Shown piece by piece: positions 59,638 through 63,568 of a DNA stretch of 63,568 bases. Every line of letters begins with the position of its first letter. Position 1 is the first letter of the stretch. The stretch lies in NCBI GenBank assembly GCA_001600815.1, contig BCKZ01000008.1:744433-808000 (forward strand), given 5' to 3'. The notes under the pieces are model-generated. The model made no database searches, was not told where the DNA came from, and saw only the letters and a list, made by a program, of their open reading frames with translations. The DNA is from Alloascoidea hylecoeti (lineage: Eukaryota). The translations under genes and the position numbers were made by a program.

Positions 59638-61992
59638 ATGAGTTTAAATCTATTACTTAAATCAAAGTCAATATTTAGGGATAATATTAAGTATCAATCA
59701 TTTTCAAAATTGACATCTATACGACAGTATGCATTATTAAGAGAGTCCATTACAAGAACGAAAAAAAGCTGGAAATCTAATGATGAGTATGAAAGAAGAC
59801 CTGGTAATATTATTGATCTTAAAAAAAATCCATCAAAATTGATTAATGAAAAGGGTAATAATCATAATAATAATAACTATAAAAAAACCTCAGCCTCAAA
59901 GGGGAGATTACCTTTTGCTGAAAGAAGAAAAGGGTTTGTTTATGGCACATTGGTTACAGATTCAGATAAATTAACTAAAACTGGGAAACAAATTGATGTG
60001 ATTTTATCAGAAGATTTGAAACAAAAAGGTTTTAGATCCAAACTTTATGGCCGTCTTGATGAAAATGACATTGAAAATGAAAATGATCATGAATATGAAT
60101 TTGAAGAAGGAGATCGTTTATCATCAAGAGAACGAAGAGTACATCCTGATACACTATATGGTCGAGGCTTAAGAGGCACAGTAACTGTTCCGGAAGAAAT
60201 ATCTAAACATATTGGTGATGTTTTATTAAGAGATACCATTCCTGGTGATCTACGTTTAGCCGCTTCAAGGGTTTATGTTTCTTTACATTCTGAATCCCAA
60301 AAGGCCTCTACCACTGAAATTGAAGCAAAAGCCCAAATTGCTGGTTTATTTATTCAGGATTATGCTATGATATATAGGGTATTAAGTGATTTAAAAAAGC
60401 TTCAAGGTAGAGACTGGCTTCCGAACAAAGTTTTAGATGTTGGGTTTGGTCCATCAACAGGTTTAGCAGCATTTAATGAACTTTTCAAGGATGAAATAGT
60501 AAAAACAAACAAATCTATTCAAAAGGAATCTCTTATCTTCGGTGTTAAGAAAATGCAAAGTTATGCAAAAGATATTTTAAATACTCAAAAAGAAGCCGAA
60601 GAAAAATTTCCATCATCATTTTTAGATCATTTTCCAAAACAAATTGCTAGAAAAAGTTATAATTTAATTATTGCTTCACATCAACTTTTAAGTGATGAAA
60701 ATAAATTCCCTTATGGAGTTGATGATTTAACAGAAATTTTATTAAAATATTTAGAACCAAATGGTATAATAATATTTGCTGAAAGAGGAACACCTGAAGG
60801 TTTTGAATGCATATCGAGAGCAAGGCAATTTATGATTAGGCCCGAAAATCATGATCAAGAGATGGGTAAGATTCCACGACCATATCTTCGAGGAGAGAGG
60901 CGAAACAATCTACAATCCACCATAGATGATATTGAGCCAGAAGCTGTGAATATAGAACAAGTGGCACCAGAACAAACAGCTACTGAAAATGACCCCAAAA
61001 CAACTGAAAAAATAGAAGAAACTGAAATAGAAGCAGTTGAAACTGAGGAAACAACCGAAGCAGCTGAAGAAACTGTCAAAGGTGTTGGCAACTTTAATTT
61101 ACGAGTTCTGGCGCCATCAGTTCATCACCACGTTGAGACTTCACAATTAAGCGATTTAGAAGTTTACAAGGCGCCAGGAGCAAATAAACTAAAATGGGTT
61201 AAATTCACCCAAGCTGTTAATAGACCAAAATTTACTCTTGAATTGAAAAAGGGCGCTCAACTAGCAACAGAATGGGAAACCCCAGACAGTGGTTATGGAA
61301 AAAAAGGATTAGCAAGTGGTGGATCAGGTCGTCCTGGGGGGCTTGATTATGAAGTTGCTTCATTCAGTTATTTAGTTGTTGAAAGAATGTCAAATGAAAT
61401 AGAAGTTAAAAAAGAAATCAAGAGGTTAAGAGAAGATAAAACTGGTGAACTATATAAAACTTCATTTTTGACTCCACGTTATTTCCATTGGCCACGAATC
61501 ATTGATCAACCTAACAAACGGGGTAAACATGTTAATTTAGTAGTTTCAACTATAGAAGGAACCACTGAAAGGTGGACTATTCCTAAATCATTTGGCAACC
61601 AACAATATCATGATGCAAGGAAGGCATGTTCAGGAGATTTATGGCCCCTTGGAGCGAAAACAAAAGTCCTTTGCGGAGCTCAAAATGCACAAATAAAGAT
61701 AAAAATTGAAAAACGTGAAGCAGAAAAAGCCAAAAGGCAACAACTTAGAAAAGAAAGAGAAGAAAGGGAAGGTAAAATTAATAATCTTGCATCTAAGGGA
61801 ATTAAAATATCCGATGAAGTGCTAAGAGAACTAGAACTTATTCAGGACCCCCGTGATTTAAGTTTGATTGATCTGAAACTGGGAAAGAGTGTAAAAGACC
61901 GTCTCGGTGAATCCGATGATGAATTTTCGAAAGAGTTAAGAAGAGTTCAAAAAAATATGTTGAAATATAAAAAGGATGATAAAAGTGATTAA
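59638..61992 (+). CDS. RSM22: Mitoribosome SSU assembly methyltransferase-like protein (Rsm22/METTL17)
   Basis: VLDVGFGPSTG; ERGTPEGFECISRAR..IRPEN; GKIPRP; SFSYL; WPRII; WTIPKSFG.Q.YHDARKA..GDLW. Confidence 0.92.
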   Translation: MSLNLLLKSKSIFRDNIKYQSFSKLTSIRQYALLRESITRTKKSWKSNDEYERRPGNIIDLKKNPSKLINEKGNNHNNNNYKKTSASKGRLPFAERRKGFVYGTLVTDSDKLTKTGKQIDVILSEDLKQKGFRSKLYGRLDENDIENENDHEYEFEEGDRLSSRERRVHPDTLYGRGLRGTVTVPEEISKHIGDVLLRDTIPGDLRLAASRVYVSLHSESQKASTTEIEAKAQIAGLFIQDYAMIYRVLSDLKKLQGRDWLPNKVLDVGFGPSTGLAAFNELFKDEIVKTNKSIQKESLIFGVKKMQSYAKDILNTQKEAEEKFPSSFLDHFPKQIARKSYNLIIASHQLLSDENKFPYGVDDLTEILLKYLEPNGIIIFAERGTPEGFECISRARQFMIRPENHDQEMGKIPRPYLRGERRNNLQSTIDDIEPEAVNIEQVAPEQTATENDPKTTEKIEETEIEAVETEETTEAAEETVKGVGNFNLRVLAPSVHHHVETSQLSDLEVYKAPGANKLKWVKFTQAVNRPKFTLELKKGAQLATEWETPDSGYGKKGLASGGSGRPGGLDYEVASFSYLVVERMSNEIEVKKEIKRLREDKTGELYKTSFLTPRYFHWPRIIDQPNKRGKHVNLVVSTIEGTTERWTIPKSFGNQQYHDARKACSGDLWPLGAKTKVLCGAQNAQIKIKIEKREAEKAKRQQLRKEREEREGKINNLASKGIKISDEVLRELELIQDPRDLSLIDLKLGKSVKDRLGESDDEFSKELRRVQKNMLKYKKDDKSD

Positions 61993-63568
61993 GATGATAA
62001 GAATGACTTCTTCTAAAATGTCTAGATTTTCTACCATAACTATTAATAATGTACATATGTTATAGGAGAATAAAATGTAGATAGGCATACCGGTAAGTAG
62101 GTTATAATATAAATAATAACCAAGTCATAATCATTAATATCTAAAGTAATATTTATAGTTGCGTACATACACAAATATTTGCAATTGGTTCAATATTTAA
62201 TGTTTCTTTAGCTGAATATAAGTTGAGACCTGATGACAAGTGTAGTAATATAATGACAAAGAACCCACTTACATATTTCGTATGTATTTATATGGTTTCG
62301 TAGAGTTAATAGCAATGATATAATGATGCATATATGAATATTTTCATATATTATATATATTTCAATATCTCATATTCATCTTCACCATTAAAAGGTTGTC
62401 ATACTCATTGATATTTTGATTTTATTTTGAACTTAAGCGTCATAACTACTATTTTAATTCGCAATCGATATCAATTACTTATAACCAGGTCTTCATTCAT
62501 CTCGATTGATATACAACAGAATGGAAGGTAATATTTTGGCCACTTCTTATCAATTTGTCCCATTTACCCAGATCAATAAACTTCGAATGGATGGTTCGAA
62601 CTCTTTGCAATTCGAAGGTAAAAAGTCCTGCCCCAAATATATGCCCTTTGGTATAATCAATAACCATAGTCTAGATATCGGTAATCAGCAGGAGAGGCTT
62701 AAAAATGGCATGCATATTTCAATTGATCATGAACCAGACCAAGGTACACATTTGAATAAGAAGATAGACTGCAAGTTTGGTCATGATTCCCATCAGAATT
62801 CGAAGGGAAATGAATCACCTGAATATACATATTATTAAGTTTTAAATATATATTGTATTAAAGTTCAAAAAGCCTGTGCACCAAAAATCCAATCGACTCT
62901 TTCTAAGAGTGTAATATATAGAATATCCAACATATTGATATATTAATATGCATATATACATTTTTTGCATGCTCTTGAATTATAGGATAGGTTACTATTT
63001 TACCTTGAAAATTTGAACCCTTCTCAATTTAAAATAAAAATATATCTGCAGCAATCATCTTCTAGTTCATGAATCATACCTAAAACTGGGAGATTGCGTT
63101 TTCATTAAATCCTTAAGACTTTCAGTACCAATTTTAGCAATATAAAATATAAGCCTATAGTATAGGTTTACCTGACTGGAATCGTGCATCTGCTATCGAG
63201 TGCCTACAATCGATAATCATTCTTTCGCAATTGATAGGCTTATATACATTAAAACACAATAACATAGAAATAGATAGATATCGCTAGTTTTTAATTTTAC
63301 ACAGTTTGAATAGATACAGAAAACTTATTCGTAGTTTCATAAAATATAGATCATATTAATCAAGTATTCAACCAATCATAATATTTAATCGAATTTTCCC
63401 AAAAATATTTTCCTTTCAGCTATTAGTAGTCTCATTACAGCTTGAAAATTTGCAATACGTATAGACTTCTCGATAGTTAAGTTATGTGCATTATTTTCTT
63501 TTAGATAATTATTACAATATAACTGTCCTTGTGAAATAGCTTGACTTTGAAGGTCTGAGGAGAAAACT

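Noticed and set aside
62440..63170. 110-aa ORF 62506-62838 and coding-like surroundings
   Set aside because: No ATG start and no recognisable motif. Possibly a decayed minus-strand gene, but I cannot support a call.

Overview
AT-rich nuclear DNA from a budding yeast (Saccharomycotina) that is fairly intron-rich, which suggests an early-diverging lineage (inference). Recognisable housekeeping genes are MRP17, MRP4, LAG1/LAC1, HSE1, PRS3, ETP1, ERG25, MCM4, RLF2, SLX4, RTS2, TGL4/5 and RSM22, plus a secreted aspartic protease and two tRNA genes. They are interleaved with transposon relics (Tc1/mariner, hAT end, L1-like LINE, Ty1/copia) and pseudogenes (aspartic protease, two F-box/WD40 copies, eIF4E). 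The most striking structure is an apparently perfect 2365-bp inverted repeat (13596-15960 / 16928-19292) around a 967-bp spacer, built from a Ty3/gypsy gag-pol fragment. Its RT-RNase H frame is fully open in both arms, while LTRs, 5' gag and integrase are lost. It sits in a ~9-kb gap between intact host genes whose S. cerevisiae orthologues are linked to CEN8/CEN11, so it is a candidate hairpin-RNA (siRNA) locus and/or a retrotransposon-derived inverted-repeat centromere. Other highlights: a poly(A)-tailed repeat upstream of both tRNA genes, an Rsm22 missing all four Fe-S cysteines, and an Mcm4 lacking its C-terminal winged helix. All homology calls come from motif recognition by eye; no searches were run.
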